From positions 53,475 through 117,474 of the forward strand of contig CALUTI010000005.1 of NCBI GenBank assembly GCA_944323695.1: DNA of 64,000 nucleotides, in the 5' to 3' direction. Positions 54,082-64,000 of this stretch are shown here, piece by piece; within the stretch, counting starts at the first letter, position 1, and the number at the start of each line of letters is the position of its first letter. A program made the translations under genes and the position numbers. This DNA is from Candidatus Gastranaerophilales bacterium (GTDB lineage Bacteria > Cyanobacteriota > Vampirovibrionia > Gastranaerophilales > Gastranaerophilaceae). The notes beneath the pieces are model-generated. The model saw only the letters and a list, made by a program, of their open reading frames with translations, ran no database searches and was not told the origin of the DNA.

Positions 54082-54096
54082 GCATATTATGTAAAT

Positions 54097-54130
54097 AAAA
54101 AAGCGCCGGTAAGTATGCCGGCGCCGTTTT
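54097..54130. terminator. bidirectional terminator between convergent genes
   Basis: GCGCCGG-TAAGTATG-CCGGCGC with an upstream A run and a downstream T run. Confidence 0.75.
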
Positions 54131-54143
54131 ATTTTATGTTGTA

Positions 54144-55007
54144 TTAACCTTTCATTTGGTTCATAACTTCTTCGGCAAAGTTATCCTGGCGTTTTTCAAG
54201 ACCTTCGCCAAGTGTGTATCTTGTGAATGCCTTAATTGTCAATTTGCCTTCGATTAATTGTTGAATTGTAATATCCGGGTTTTTAACAAACGGCTGTTCA
54301 AGAAGAACTCTTGATGCCATAAGTTTATTTACACGACCTTCAACAATTTTTCCTCTGATAGCTTCGGGTTTCTTTTGAATATCTTCTTTACCCATTTCAA
54401 TCCTTGTTTCTTCATCAATAACTGATTGAGGAATTTCTTCTCTTGAAATGAATTCAGGAGCGTTTGATGCAATGTGTAAGCAAATATCATTCATCAATTC
54501 GTCATCTTTTTTATCAGTGCTTAAAAGAACGCCGATTTTACCGTTGTGTATGTAAGTTGCAACATTACCTTCATAACGTACAAATCTTCTGAAAGTAATT
54601 TTTTCGCCAATAGATGCGATTTTTTCTTTAATTACATCAGAAATAGTTTTTCCGCATTTCGGGCAAGTTGAATTTACAAAAGCATCAACATCTGCAGGAT
54701 TTGATTCTGCAACGGCTTGAGCCAAGCAGTTAGAAAATTCTTTGAATTCTGCGTTTTTAGCTACGAAGTCGGTTTCGCAGTTAACTTCAACCATAGCACC
54801 TACTTTATCATCAACGTAAGATGCTACCAAACCTTCAGCGGCAATTCTGCCCATTTTCTTATCAGCAGATGCCATACCTTTTTGGCGAAGCACTTCCATA
54901 GCTTTTTCCATATCTCCGTCAACTTCAACCAACGCTTTTTTTGCATCCATCATGCCTGCACCGGTTTTGTCGCGAAGTTCTTTTACCATTTGTGCTGTAA
55001 TATTCAT
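54144..55007 (-). CDS. tsf: translation elongation factor Ts
   Basis: N-terminal UBA-like ITAQMVKELRDKTGAGMMDAKKAL; lies downstream of rpsB. Confidence 0.92.
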   Translation of the reverse strand: MNITAQMVKELRDKTGAGMMDAKKALVEVDGDMEKAMEVLRQKGMASADKKMGRIAAEGLVASYVDDKVGAMVEVNCETDFVAKNAEFKEFSNCLAQAVAESNPADVDAFVNSTCPKCGKTISDVIKEKIASIGEKITFRRFVRYEGNVATYIHNGKIGVLLSTDKKDDELMNDICLHIASNAPEFISREEIPQSVIDEETRIEMGKEDIQKKPEAIRGKIVEGRVNKLMASRVLLEQPFVKNPDITIQQLIEGKLTIKAFTRYTLGEGLEKRQDNFAEEVMNQMKG

Positions 55008-55031
55008 TTAATTCTCTCCTTTTTTCATAAA

Positions 55032-55058
55032 AACCATACGCCGTATTGGCGTATGGTT
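55032..55058 (-). promoter_or_regulatory. rpsB-tsf intergenic hairpin (possible attenuator or processing site)
   Basis: AACCATACGCC-GTATT-GGCGTATGGTT: 11-bp perfect stem between the rpsB stop and the tsf start. Confidence 0.4.
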
Positions 55059-55065
55059 AAAATAA

Positions 55066-55845
55066 TTATTCAGCTTTTTCAGCTTCAACTTCTTCTGCTG
55101 AAACGCCTGCATCTTCGGCTTTTACTTCTTCAATTTTAGCTTTTTGGTTAGCATTGTTTTCTCTTAACTGTTTGCCTTCCAAAACTGCATCAGCTAATTT
55201 TGAAGTTATTAATTTGATTGATCTGATAGCATCATCATTACCGGGGATAATGTAATCAATACCATCCGGATCAGCATTTGTATCAGCCAAACAAATTACG
55301 GGGATACCTAATTTATTAGCTTCTTTAATAGCAATGTCTTCTTTTTTCTGGTCAACTATAAAGATTAAATCAGGCAAGCCTCTCATATCTTTAATACCGC
55401 CTAAAGTTTTGCTTAATTTGTTCAATTGACGGTTAAGCTGTGCGATTTCTTTTTTAGGAAGTTTTTCAGCGTGACCTGAAGAAATGAAATCTTCGATTTC
55501 TCTGAGTTTATTAACTCTTGAGCGGATTGTGTCAAAGTTAGTCAGCATACCGCCCAGCCATCTTCTGTTAATATAGTAAGCGCCAGCTCTTGTAGCTTCT
55601 TCAGCAACAACTTCGGCAGCTTGTTTTTTGGTACCTACAAACAATACGTTTTTGTTACGTGCTGCAAATTCTCTTACAACTGCATAAGCTTCATCAAGCA
55701 AGTCAGTTGTCTTACGTAAATCAAGAACGTAAATACCGTTTCTTGCACCGTAAATATACGGTTTCATTTTAGGGTTCCATCTTTGTGTCTGGTGTCCGAA
55801 ATGTACACCTGCTTCCAAAAGTTCAATCATAGATGCTGTTGGCAT
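55066..55845 (-). CDS. rpsB: 30S ribosomal protein S2
   Basis: [20 protein letters not shown]-terminus, with an acidic C-terminal extension. Confidence 0.93.
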   Translation of the reverse strand: MPTASMIELLEAGVHFGHQTQRWNPKMKPYIYGARNGIYVLDLRKTTDLLDEAYAVVREFAARNKNVLFVGTKKQAAEVVAEEATRAGAYYINRRWLGGMLTNFDTIRSRVNKLREIEDFISSGHAEKLPKKEIAQLNRQLNKLSKTLGGIKDMRGLPDLIFIVDQKKEDIAIKEANKLGIPVICLADTNADPDGIDYIIPGNDDAIRSIKLITSKLADAVLEGKQLRENNANQKAKIEEVKAEDAGVSAEEVEAEKAE

Positions 55846-55869
55846 CGGTTTTCTCCTTATGTTTAATGT

Positions 55870-56010
55870 ATTGTACTACGGGCTAAACTGTCCCATCCGT
55901 GAGGCATTTTTTTAATCTCTGCCGGGGGTATTGTACTTTTTGCGCCACCTGTCAGGAGCCTTTTACTTACCCCAACCCGGACTAGGGCGAACCTATCGGA
56001 CTAGTATAAC
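55870..56010 (-). promoter_or_regulatory. GC-rich structured region upstream of rpsB (5' leader candidate or repeat cluster)
   Basis: On the minus strand: promoter-like TTTGTA-16 nt-TATACT. Then direct TAGTCCG x2, stem CCGGGTTGGGGTA...TACCCCCGG, and GTACAATAC x2 before the SD. Confidence 0.35.
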
Positions 56011-56135
56011 CAATATTATAATATTACAAACATGCCCTTATGCAAATATTTTTGTAGTTTTGTAAAATAAAAACGGACCCTCCTCTAAAAGTCAAGTCCG
56101 ATATTAAGGATTTACATTAAGTTTTTTTTAATCCT

Positions 56136-56669
56136 TTAGTATTCAATTCCTTGTCTTGCCATAACTCCCATATCAAAATAGTGTTTAATCGGTTTCATTT
56201 CCGTAACAAGGTGAGCCATAGCTTTTAATTCAGGATGTGCATAACGTCCTGTCAAAACTATTTCAAGGTTATCAGGCTTGTGCAAAAGTGCATCTTTTAC
56301 TTCTGAAACCTTAATCATATTCATTGCTGTACAAATGTTAATTTCATCTAAAATTATTAATTGATATTCGCCGGATTGGATTGCTTTTTTTGCAAATTCC
56401 CAACCTTTTTTAGCTTCTTTATAGTCGTCCATGCAAACATTATGTGAATAACATACTCTATCCATCCCGAATTGAACTACATCAAGATTTGGCAAGAATT
56501 TTGAACAAGAAACAATTTCACCGTAAGATGTTGCGCTGTCGCCTTTTGTAAATTGTATAATAAGGACTTTCCAGCCGTGTCCTAAAGCTCTCAATGCCAA
56601 ACCTAATGAGGCGGTAGTTTTTCCTTTTCCGTCTCCCGTATAAATTTGTATGTATCCATGCTGTAACAC
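56136..56669 (-). CDS. cobO: cob(I)yrinic acid a,c-diamide adenosyltransferase (CobA/CobO/BtuR family)
   Basis: P-loop YTGDGKGKTTASLGLALRALGHG. GTG at 56669 has better SD spacing than the TTG at 56675. Confidence 0.8.
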   Translation of the reverse strand: MLQHGYIQIYTGDGKGKTTASLGLALRALGHGWKVLIIQFTKGDSATSYGEIVSCSKFLPNLDVVQFGMDRVCYSHNVCMDDYKEAKKGWEFAKKAIQSGEYQLIILDEINICTAMNMIKVSEVKDALLHKPDNLEIVLTGRYAHPELKAMAHLVTEMKPIKHYFDMGVMARQGIEY

Positions 56670-57249
56670 TACCAATAACCTCCAAGATTATATAAAGACT
56701 ATAAACTCTATCCATATTTTAAACGATTCTGTAATGGATTTAATCGTTCTTTGGATGGATTAATTGCGGAGTAAATAGAAACCAAAACCCCATTCTATTA
56801 AACTTCCCAAATCCCCGTTTCCAAGATTTGTATATTCATCATAGGATAAATTCAAAAAAAATAAAGAGGTTTTGACCTACCCATGCCAAAGTCTTTACAT
56901 AATATTTTTTAACAAATCCAAAGACGAAGATTTCGGGCTGATTTCCGATTTTAAAAAAATCCGAGAAAAATTTACAATTAAATTCTTAATTATTCTTAAA
57001 AATCTCTTGCAAAATTGCAAAGAAGTCTTGCAGCGCCAAAGTAAGGCATATTTCTTATGTGAATTTTTTTAACATTTCGGCAGAAATTATGTAAATACTG
57101 GGAATAATAATTGTGGGGTCGAAATTGTGAAAAGCCATGTGCTGCATGGATTTTGCATGTTAACTTTTGTAACAAAATGATAAACATGTGCAATCGGAGG
57201 ATATCTCAAGTTTTTATATATTTAAGGTATTAAAAGCGAGAGAGCAGAT

Positions 57250-58962
57250 ATGAGTACACCAGGTATTCCAAAAGCTAAAATATCGTTGAGCGATGTGCGA
57301 AAAAGCGCAGCCGCATCAACTTCGAATGCCAGCTCTTTAAAATCAAGAGCCAGTGGTATTAAGTCTGCCCAAGTATCAAGTGTATTTACACAAGGAAATA
57401 ATATAAAAACAACCACATTTACCCGAGCATTAGGCAGCAGCGGAAGAAGTGCCGGATGGGTTGGCGCACAAAGAGGCTTTAACCCTTATGATCATGTTGG
57501 AAATAATGTGAACAGATATGCTAATATGCGTGCATCAGCCAACAGGTATGCAGGTGTTTACAACATGCGCAACATTGGATTTGTAAATCCTAATGTTTAT
57601 GCAAATGATGGCATGGATAATGCAATGAAAGCTGCAATGGGTGTTCAACTAGGTATGCAGGCTGCCCAGACTGTATTCGGTATGTTGAATCAATTTGGTG
57701 TTCTGGGTGGAGATAAAACAGGTAACATAGGCGGTGCAGGTAATTCTCCTGCAACAATGTCCGGCGTAGGTACAGCCGGAACCTTGAACGGAACAGGTTC
57801 ATCTTCTATCAGTGCAATGAAAAGTGCAAAAGATTCTGTATCATTAAGAGAAGCTATAAATGATGCAAAAACTCAAGCTTCAAATTTATCTACAGAAATT
57901 AGTAAATTGAGTGATGAAATTCCGAAACTGCAACAGGCAGCTGAAACTGCGCAAAAACAAATAGATAGTTTGGATGGTCAAATTGAGCAAAAAGAAGCTG
58001 ATATAAAAGCAAAAGACAGTGAGGTTAAACAAAAAGAACAAGCAAGAGATTCATTCCAAACTAAACTTGATACAGCAAAATTGAATTTAGAAAATGCTGA
58101 CAAAAATTATGCAACAGCTGTTACTAATTATACAGCAGCACAAAATGCAACAACTGCTGCCCAAGCTTCACTAACAAGTGCTCAAACAAACTTGTCAGCA
58201 ACACCGCAAACTTTGCCGGATGGTTCGCCTAATCCTGCTTATGCTACTGCGCAAAAGGCAGTAACAAATGCTGAAGCTAAGCTTAAAGAGGCACAAGCAA
58301 ATGAACAGAAAGCATTAAATGCAAAAGAGGATGCGGCAGGTAAGCTTGGTGATGCAAAAGATAAAGCAACTCAGGCCGAACAGGATTATAATACTGCAAA
58401 TGACAACTTAACAAAGGCTCAGACAAATTATGAAAATGCTAAAAAAGAGCTTGAAACAATGAATGGCGAATTGAAAGAATTACAAAATCAAAAAGCTGAT
58501 CAGCAAGATAAAGTTGATTCGTATGAAAATAAACAAAAAGAACTTGAATCTAAAAAACAGGAACAAGCCAAGCTGAATGCGGAAATTCAGTCACAAACAA
58601 CAAGATTAGCTGAATTAGAAGTTAAAGAAGAACAAAATTATAAAAATTGGGACAGCAAAGTTGACAGCGGTTTTGCAGCAATAGATGCACGCTCAGCCCA
58701 AATTGATGAATCTGACGGTATGTCCGCGAAAGAAAAACGTTTGCAGCGTCAAAATGACAGGGCTAACGACGCAATGACCGGTACAATTTCCCGCAGAGAT
58801 TCTGCACTGGATTTATTTAATGATTCTAAAAATGCGGCTATAAATGATGCCAAAACTAATGGCGAAACTACTTATCAAGGCGTTAAATTAACTTATGAAA
58901 ACGGTACATATACTTATAACGGCAAAACGTTTACCGAAGATGAAATAAGCGCAAATTTATAA
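57250..58962 (+). CDS. hypothetical 570-aa protein: Gly/Asn/Ser-rich N-terminal region plus a long Ala/Gln/Lys/Thr coiled coil
   Basis: GAGAG-type SD upstream of the ATG. No signal peptide. Extended heptad-like region from about residue 200 to 460. Confidence 0.6.
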   Translation: MSTPGIPKAKISLSDVRKSAAASTSNASSLKSRASGIKSAQVSSVFTQGNNIKTTTFTRALGSSGRSAGWVGAQRGFNPYDHVGNNVNRYANMRASANRYAGVYNMRNIGFVNPNVYANDGMDNAMKAAMGVQLGMQAAQTVFGMLNQFGVLGGDKTGNIGGAGNSPATMSGVGTAGTLNGTGSSSISAMKSAKDSVSLREAINDAKTQASNLSTEISKLSDEIPKLQQAAETAQKQIDSLDGQIEQKEADIKAKDSEVKQKEQARDSFQTKLDTAKLNLENADKNYATAVTNYTAAQNATTAAQASLTSAQTNLSATPQTLPDGSPNPAYATAQKAVTNAEAKLKEAQANEQKALNAKEDAAGKLGDAKDKATQAEQDYNTANDNLTKAQTNYENAKKELETMNGELKELQNQKADQQDKVDSYENKQKELESKKQEQAKLNAEIQSQTTRLAELEVKEEQNYKNWDSKVDSGFAAIDARSAQIDESDGMSAKEKRLQRQNDRANDAMTGTISRRDSALDLFNDSKNAAINDAKTNGETTYQGVKLTYENGTYTYNGKTFTEDEISANL

Positions 58963-59044
58963 TTCAAGTTAAGTTTAATTACAAGACACTTTACTTTTGA
59001 TAATTGTTATATTATAATAACCGCATAGCAGTATTGCAAAAGAC

Positions 59045-59075
59045 AAAAGAACGGGAACCCCCGTTCTTTTTCTTT
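59045..59075 (+). terminator. rho-independent terminator
   Basis: AGAACGGG-AACC-CCCGTTCT followed by a T-rich run. Confidence 0.75.
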
Positions 59076-59090
59076 CAAGAAAGGTAGTGT

Positions 59091-59576
59091 ATGGCAAAAC
59101 AAGATATTAACAGGCATGAAATTATTGAAAAAATTACACCGTTAATTGAAAATACAGCCATGAGGTTTAACACTATTCCTATTGAAATTGATTTTTCAAA
59201 GGAGAATCACAGATGGTTTTTGAGAATTTTTCTTTATTCCAAAGAAAAAGATATCACGCTTGATGACTGCGAAAATGTTACCAGAAGCCTTAGTGATTTT
59301 CTTGATGAAATTATTCCGGTTAAATATTATCTGGAGGTCTCATCACCCGGTCTGGAAAGAAAGTTTAAGTCTGAAAAAGAATTCATTATTTTTAAGGGTA
59401 AAAGAGTAAGTATAAAGCTTAAAAATCCTTTAGATGGTGAAACTGAGAAGGTATTTAAAGGCGAAATTCTGGATTACGATACAAATATAGGGCTCAAGTT
59501 TTTTAGATTTGACGACGGTGAAGAACTTTTGATCCCGAAAGAAAATATCCAGTCCGCTAAATTATATATAGATTAG
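59091..59576 (+). CDS. rimP: ribosome maturation factor RimP
   Basis: LEVSSPGLERKF motif and position upstream of nusA. Confidence 0.85.
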   Translation: MAKQDINRHEIIEKITPLIENTAMRFNTIPIEIDFSKENHRWFLRIFLYSKEKDITLDDCENVTRSLSDFLDEIIPVKYYLEVSSPGLERKFKSEKEFIIFKGKRVSIKLKNPLDGETEKVFKGEILDYDTNIGLKFFRFDDGEELLIPKENIQSAKLYID

Positions 59577-59648
59577 TGTGTCATTTTGAGGGGCAGCGGA
59601 CAATCTCAAAAAGTTTTGACAATATTGAAAATTTAAAAAAGTGAAAAC

Positions 59649-60003
59649 GTCATTCTGAGCGAAGCGAAGAATCTCAAAAATAAAATGGAAAAGAAAGGTT
59701 ATACATATATAATTACAAATAAAAACAATACAACCTTATATATAGGAGTTACTTCAAATTTAAAAAAGAGAATTTGGGAACACAAAAACAAAGTTGTAGA
59801 AGGGTTTAGTAAAAAATATAATTTGGATAAATTAGTATATTTTGAAGTTTTAGATGATGTGGAAAGTGCAATAAAAAGAGAAAAATTTTTGAAAGGAAAG
59901 AAACGACAATATAAGGTAAATTTGATAGAAGAAAGTAATAAAAAATGGAGTGATTTGTATGAAGATATTCTTTAGAGATTCTTCGCTGTCGCTCAGAATG
60001 ACG
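59649..60003. mobile_element. GIY-YIG gene cassette bounded by 27-28 nt inverted repeats
   Basis: GTCATTCTGAGCGAAGCGAAGAATCTC (59649-59675) and its inverted copy GAGATTCTTCGCTGTCGCTCAGAATGAC (59975-60002). A degenerate extra direct copy lies at 59580-59607. Confidence 0.6.
59685..59975 (+). CDS. GIY-YIG nuclease family protein (COG2827/UPF0213 type)
   Basis: GYTYIITNKNNTTLYIGVTSNLKKRIWEH (GIY-YIG) and REKFLKG; 96 aa. Confidence 0.85.
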   Translation: MEKKGYTYIITNKNNTTLYIGVTSNLKKRIWEHKNKVVEGFSKKYNLDKLVYFEVLDDVESAIKREKFLKGKKRQYKVNLIEESNKKWSDLYEDIL

Positions 60004-60037
60004 GTATAAACTAAAAAATATTTATAAGGAGAACAAA

Positions 60038-61273
60038 ATGATTAAAATCGGAACAGCGTTATTTGAAGCTTGCGAACAATTGGAAAGAGAAAGAGGAATT
60101 TCAAAAGAAGTTCTGATAGCTTCTCTTTGCGATGCTATGGTAGCAGCTTACAAAAAACACATGAGAAACAAGGAAGCTACAAATATTGAAGCAATTTTGG
60201 ATGAACAATCAGGAGAAATCGGCGTATTCAGTACAAAACTTGTAGTGGATAAAGTTGAAGACCCTGAAACACAAATTTCTCTGGCTGATGCAAAAGAAAT
60301 TGATGAAGATGTTGAACTTGATGATGAAGTTAAAATTGAGGTTACACCTGAACAATTCGGCAGAATTGCCGCTCAATCGGCTAAACAGGTTATAACCCAG
60401 AGAATCAGAGAAGCTGAAAGAAACCTTGTTCTTCAAGAATTTATGGAGAAAAAAGGTACCTTGACAACAGGTATTATTCAGCGTGTTGAAAACCGCAATG
60501 TAATTGTTAATATCGGTAAAATTGATGCAATAATGCCGCAAAAAGAACAAATTCCCGGTGAATATTACAAGCCGGGGAACAGAATCAGAGTATTTGTTCT
60601 TAACGTAAAAGAAACAACCAGATTGCCTCAGGTAATAGTTTCACACGCTCATGCGGAAATTGTCAGAGAATTGTTTGAACTTGAAGTACCTGAAATTGAA
60701 GACGGAATTGTTGAAATTAAATCAATTTCACGTGAAGCCGGATACAGAACTAAAATTGCGGTATGGTCAAATGATCCGGAAGTTGATAGTGTAGGCGCCT
60801 GCATAGGCCCTCGCGGAAGCCGTATCCAAACAATTGTCGGCGAGCTTAAAAATGAAAAAATTGATATCGTAAGATATTCGGAAGACCCTGTTGAATACAT
60901 AGTAAATGCTTTGTCTCCGGCAAGAGTTGTTTCAGTTGATATACTGGCCGATGATGAATATGCGCATGAAGCTATGGTTGTTGTTCCTGATGACCAGCTT
61001 TCGCTTGCAATCGGCAGAGAAGGTCAAAACGTAAGACTTGCTCATAAATTAACCGGCTGGAAAATAGATATAAAGAGTGTGTCCCAGATGGAAAAAGCTG
61101 AAGCACAAAGTTTTGAAGATAATTACTCTGAAGAAGAAGTGGATGAAGCACCAGTAGTTGACGAAGATGAACTTCAACAGGAAATTGAAGAAGAAATGAA
61201 CCAGCAGGCTTATGATGAAGAAGATCTTCAGCAGGAAGAACCTGAACAAGAAGAAACTTCGGAAGATGAATAA
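60038..61273 (+). CDS. nusA: transcription termination/antitermination factor NusA
   Basis: N-terminal domain, S1 and two KH domains (GACIGPRGSRIQ; AIGREGQNVRLA); acidic C-terminal tail. Confidence 0.92.
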   Translation: MIKIGTALFEACEQLERERGISKEVLIASLCDAMVAAYKKHMRNKEATNIEAILDEQSGEIGVFSTKLVVDKVEDPETQISLADAKEIDEDVELDDEVKIEVTPEQFGRIAAQSAKQVITQRIREAERNLVLQEFMEKKGTLTTGIIQRVENRNVIVNIGKIDAIMPQKEQIPGEYYKPGNRIRVFVLNVKETTRLPQVIVSHAHAEIVRELFELEVPEIEDGIVEIKSISREAGYRTKIAVWSNDPEVDSVGACIGPRGSRIQTIVGELKNEKIDIVRYSEDPVEYIVNALSPARVVSVDILADDEYAHEAMVVVPDDQLSLAIGREGQNVRLAHKLTGWKIDIKSVSQMEKAEAQSFEDNYSEEEVDEAPVVDEDELQQEIEEEMNQQAYDEEDLQQEEPEQEETSEDE

Positions 61274-61376
61274 TTATTGTTGTCAGTTGACAAAATAATT
61301 TGAGCAAATATTATAATATTATGGCATAAAAACCAAAAAATAGTAGTATATAGTAGAAAAAAAGGAGATTAATCTC

Positions 61377-62585
61377 ATGGCAAGAGAAAAGTACGAACGT
61401 ACCAAACCGCACGTTAACATCGGTACAATCGGCCACGTTGACCACGGTAAAACAACATTGACAGCAGCTATTACTGGTGTTATGGCTGCAGCAGGTAAAG
61501 CTCAAGCAAAAAAATTCGATGAAATTGATGCTGCTCCTGAAGAAAAAGCAAGAGGTATAACCATCTCTACAGCTCACGTAGAATACGAAACAGATTCAAG
61601 ACACTATGCACACGTTGACTGCCCGGGCCACGCAGACTATGTTAAAAACATGATTACTGGTGCTGCTCAAATGGACGGTGCAATCCTCGTAGTTGCTGCA
61701 ACTGACGGTGCTATGCCTCAGACTCGTGAACACATCTTGTTAGCTCGTCAGGTTGGCGTTCCTAACTTGGTTGTATTCTTGAACAAATGCGATATGGTTG
61801 ACGATCCTGAATTGTTGGAATTGGTTGAAATGGAAGTTAGAGAACTTCTTTCTTCATACGAATTCGACGGTGACAACATTCCGTTTATCCACGGTTCAGC
61901 ATTAAAGGCTTTGGAAGCTGTTCAAGCTAATCCGAATATCCAACGCGGTCAAGACAAATGGGTTGACAAAATCTGGGAATTGATGGATGCAGTTGACTCT
62001 TACTTCCCGACTCCGGAACGTGACTTAGACAAACCGTTCTTGATGCCTGTTGAAGACGTATTCTCTATCACAGGTCGTGGTACTGTTGCTACAGGCCGTG
62101 TAGAACGTGGTATTGTTAAAGTTGGTGACGAAGTTGAATTGGTTGGTCTTGGCGAAACTAAGAAAACAACCGTTACCGGTGTTGAAATGTTCAGAAAACA
62201 ACTTGATCAAGGTCAAGCCGGTGACAACATTGGTGCTTTGCTTCGTGGTATTGATAAAACTGAAATCCAACGCGGCCAAGTACTTGCTAAACCTGGTACA
62301 ATTCACCCGCACACTAAATTCACAGCTAACGTTTACGTTTTGACAAAAGAAGAAGGCGGACGTCACACTCCATTCTTCCCTGGTTACAGACCTCAATTCT
62401 ATATCAGAACAACTGACGTTACAGGTTCAATCCAATTTGACGGTCAAATGGTAATGCCTGGTGACAACGTTGTTATGACAGTTGAATTGATCGCACCTGT
62501 TGCTATCGAAGAAGGTATGAGATTCGCTATTCGTGAAGGCGGACGTACTGTTGGTGCCGGTGTTGTTGATAAAATTATTGCATAA
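61377..62585 (+). CDS. tuf: translation elongation factor Tu
   Basis: [17 protein letters not shown] and NKCD GTPase motifs; 402 aa. Confidence 0.97.
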   Translation: MAREKYERTKPHVNIGTIGHVDHGKTTLTAAITGVMAAAGKAQAKKFDEIDAAPEEKARGITISTAHVEYETDSRHYAHVDCPGHADYVKNMITGAAQMDGAILVVAATDGAMPQTREHILLARQVGVPNLVVFLNKCDMVDDPELLELVEMEVRELLSSYEFDGDNIPFIHGSALKALEAVQANPNIQRGQDKWVDKIWELMDAVDSYFPTPERDLDKPFLMPVEDVFSITGRGTVATGRVERGIVKVGDEVELVGLGETKKTTVTGVEMFRKQLDQGQAGDNIGALLRGIDKTEIQRGQVLAKPGTIHPHTKFTANVYVLTKEEGGRHTPFFPGYRPQFYIRTTDVTGSIQFDGQMVMPGDNVVMTVELIAPVAIEEGMRFAIREGGRTVGAGVVDKIIA

Positions 62586-62603
62586 TAATTTTTCAGAACA
62601 TAT

Positions 62604-62642
62604 AAAAAAAGAACCTGAGCAAAAGTTCAGGTTCTTTTTTTT
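62604..62642. terminator. bidirectional terminator after tuf and the RHH genes
   Basis: AAAAAAA-GAACCTGA-GCAAAAGT-TCAGGTTC-TTTTTTTT. Confidence 0.8.
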
Positions 62643-62650
62643 GTTAAGTA

Positions 62651-62872
62651 TTAACTTAATAACGCTTCAACAATTTTAGCATTTGTTTGAGCTTGTCTTA
62701 CATTAATCAGGTATTTTTTTAAGGTTTTTGAGACAAGTTCTGAACGATTTTTGGAATATTTAACAGTTTGCAGTTCATTAATGGCTTTGGCAGGTAATGC
62801 CAAAACTACATTTGAATTGTCTTCCGGCAGTGCTAAATATTCTTCTAAAGTTGTTGTTGCGTAATCCTTCAT
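62651..62872 (-). CDS. ribbon-helix-helix (CopG-like) protein, paralog 2
   Basis: VVLALPAKAINELQTVKYSKNRSELVSKTLKKYL fits a beta-strand/helix/helix pattern. GGGGA SD before the ATG at 62872. Its C-terminal NAKIVEALLS tail is shared with the neighbouring gene. Confidence 0.55.
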   Translation of the reverse strand: MKDYATTTLEEYLALPEDNSNVVLALPAKAINELQTVKYSKNRSELVSKTLKKYLINVRQAQTNAKIVEALLS

Positions 62873-62903
62873 TTTTCCCCTATTCCTTTTCCCTGAGATC
62901 GAC

Positions 62904-63092
62904 CTATCCAAGAAGTGCTTCTAAAAGTTCTGCGTTTGTAGCGGCTTTTCCGCTGTTTCTGATTTGAGATCTGTGCATATATGATCTTAATGCTTCTCTG
63001 ATTAATTCTGAACGTGTACGATTTTCACTTGTTGCTACTGAATCGATTTCATCCAAAAATTTTTCAGGCATTGAAATTAATACTCTTGCCAT
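62904..63092 (-). CDS. ribbon-helix-helix (CopG/MetJ-Arc type) DNA-binding protein, paralog 1
   Basis: ARVLISMPEKFLDEIDSVATSENRTRSELIREALRSYM is a typical RHH sequence. AGGAG lies 8 nt before the ATG at 63092. Confidence 0.75.
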   Translation of the reverse strand: MARVLISMPEKFLDEIDSVATSENRTRSELIREALRSYMHRSQIRNSGKAATNAELLEALLG

Positions 63093-63140
63093 AGTCATAA
63101 CTCCTATATATACTTTGTATTCCCCTTGTATCTATATAAA

Positions 63141-63208
63141 AAATTTCATGAAGTAAAAATTGCCTCAAAGCATGAAATTTGTTAAAAATTACTTAACAAA
63201 ACTTCATG
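63141..63208. promoter_or_regulatory. candidate RHH operator: inverted repeats built on TTCATG/CATGAA
   Basis: AAATTTCATG (63141-63150) and CATGAAATTT (63171-63180) form a perfect 10-bp inverted repeat. A third CTTCATG lies at 63202-63208. All sit immediately upstream of the RHH genes. Confidence 0.4.
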
Positions 63209-63228
63209 TTAGTGATTTATACAGGGGG

Positions 63229-63981
63229 CTAAAAACGTCGTACATAGTAATTTTTGTCTTTTTTAAGCTCGGCACGAATTTGTAAAAGTTCAGAGTCATT
63301 ATGTGTTTTGCTTAAAATTTTGGCTGTTTTTTCTCGTATTGTATATTCATCAATGTCTTTTGTTTGTGAAAGAATGTGTTTTAGGTTATTTATATCAATG
63401 ATATGAGCGAATTCAAAAATTGTTTCAAGGCACCAGTAAAGCTTAAATACTTCTTTATTAACCTTGTATTTCCCATCTTGAAAATCGAATTTTTTAACTT
63501 CATTTATAAGGTTTTGCGTTAGATTGAGTAAATTTTGTGTAAAATATTGGCAAAAATTTTCGTCATTCTGTAATAATTTTACGGATGCAATTATATTACG
63601 GCAGACATTAGAATTAACATCAAGAATTGCGTTTAAAAAAGTGTCATAGATTGATTTTTTGCGGAAATATTTTTTGAAATCCTGGTTACTGCTTATTAAT
63701 TCCAAGATTTTCAAGGATACGGCTTCACGAATTTTTCCGTCTTGTCCTGTGAGATTTTGTACTAAAATTTCAGCCTGATGAATATTTTCCAGGCTGTTAA
63801 TTTTTAGGGCAGATATCTGCTTTTGAACGATATTACCGTGTTCCAGTAGTTCAAAAAGTTCGTGTGCCGGGATATTTTGTTCAAAAAGTTTTAAAGCTTG
63901 ATTAAAATTTTCATCTAAAGTTTCATAATAAAGATTATTCAAATTTTGCTTATTCCCTGTCATACATAAATAATATAACAT
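63229..63981 (-). CDS. hypothetical all-helical protein (HEAT/ARM-repeat-like)
   Basis: A 250-aa ORF of repetitive helical character. No catalytic motif recognised; the start is uncertain. Confidence 0.45.
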   Translation of the reverse strand: MLYYLCMTGNKQNLNNLYYETLDENFNQALKLFEQNIPAHELFELLEHGNIVQKQISALKINSLENIHQAEILVQNLTGQDGKIREAVSLKILELISSNQDFKKYFRKKSIYDTFLNAILDVNSNVCRNIIASVKLLQNDENFCQYFTQNLLNLTQNLINEVKKFDFQDGKYKVNKEVFKLYWCLETIFEFAHIIDINNLKHILSQTKDIDEYTIREKTAKILSKTHNDSELLQIRAELKKDKNYYVRRF

Positions 63982-64000
63982 AAAGTTTAATGAAATTTGC

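Overview
AT-rich bacterial chromosomal segment with about 60 credible protein genes, 2 tRNAs and many small GC-rich intergenic repeats. All calls come from reading the sequence and ORF translations and from motif memory; no searches were run.

(1) nt 1-10484 looks like an integrated mobile element. It carries a Type III R-M pair (mod/res), a small serine recombinase, and an uncharacterised three-gene operon that may include a replication initiator. It also has a ~940 bp regulatory region and a large serine recombinase (LSR). The regulatory region holds four terminator-like hairpin units (two of them identical 107-bp tandem copies), six ATTGCA-N5-GTAAC iterons on a 22-bp phase, and a 20-bp perfect palindrome. 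That palindrome encodes two back-to-back extended -10 promoters plus the start codons of two divergent, apparently leaderless genes. The LSR ORF runs antisense into the 3' half of an initiator tRNA-fMet and stops in its anticodon loop.

(2) nt 10.7-15 kb holds surface-glycan genes: a GT8-LicD fusion, a Bcs1-like CDP-ribitol synthase and an acyltransferase.

(3) The rest is housekeeping:
- rpmH-rnpA, proC, ilvD, ftsI-murE, an amidase, pepA
- rny-ymdB, gatB, pheS, kdsA, fliA
- flagellar rod genes flgF/G/B/C, uvrA, rpsB-tsf, cobO, rimP-nusA, tuf

kdsA, flagellar genes and pilin-like proteins suggest a flagellated diderm; the exact lineage cannot be determined from here.

Most unusual observations:
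- A hairpin family (3 copies) in which a 37-39 nt GC-rich loop is conserved while the perfectly complementary stems are unrelated between copies.
- A consensus promoter + SD + ATG + G9 homopolymer arrangement upstream of a pilin-like gene that lacks a canonical start. This looks like a slipped-strand phase switch.
- Mosaic REP/BIME-like repeat clusters.
- A GIY-YIG cassette bounded by 27-nt inverted repeats, inserted between rimP and nusA.
- Duplicated fragments of tRNA-Leu flanking the intact gene.
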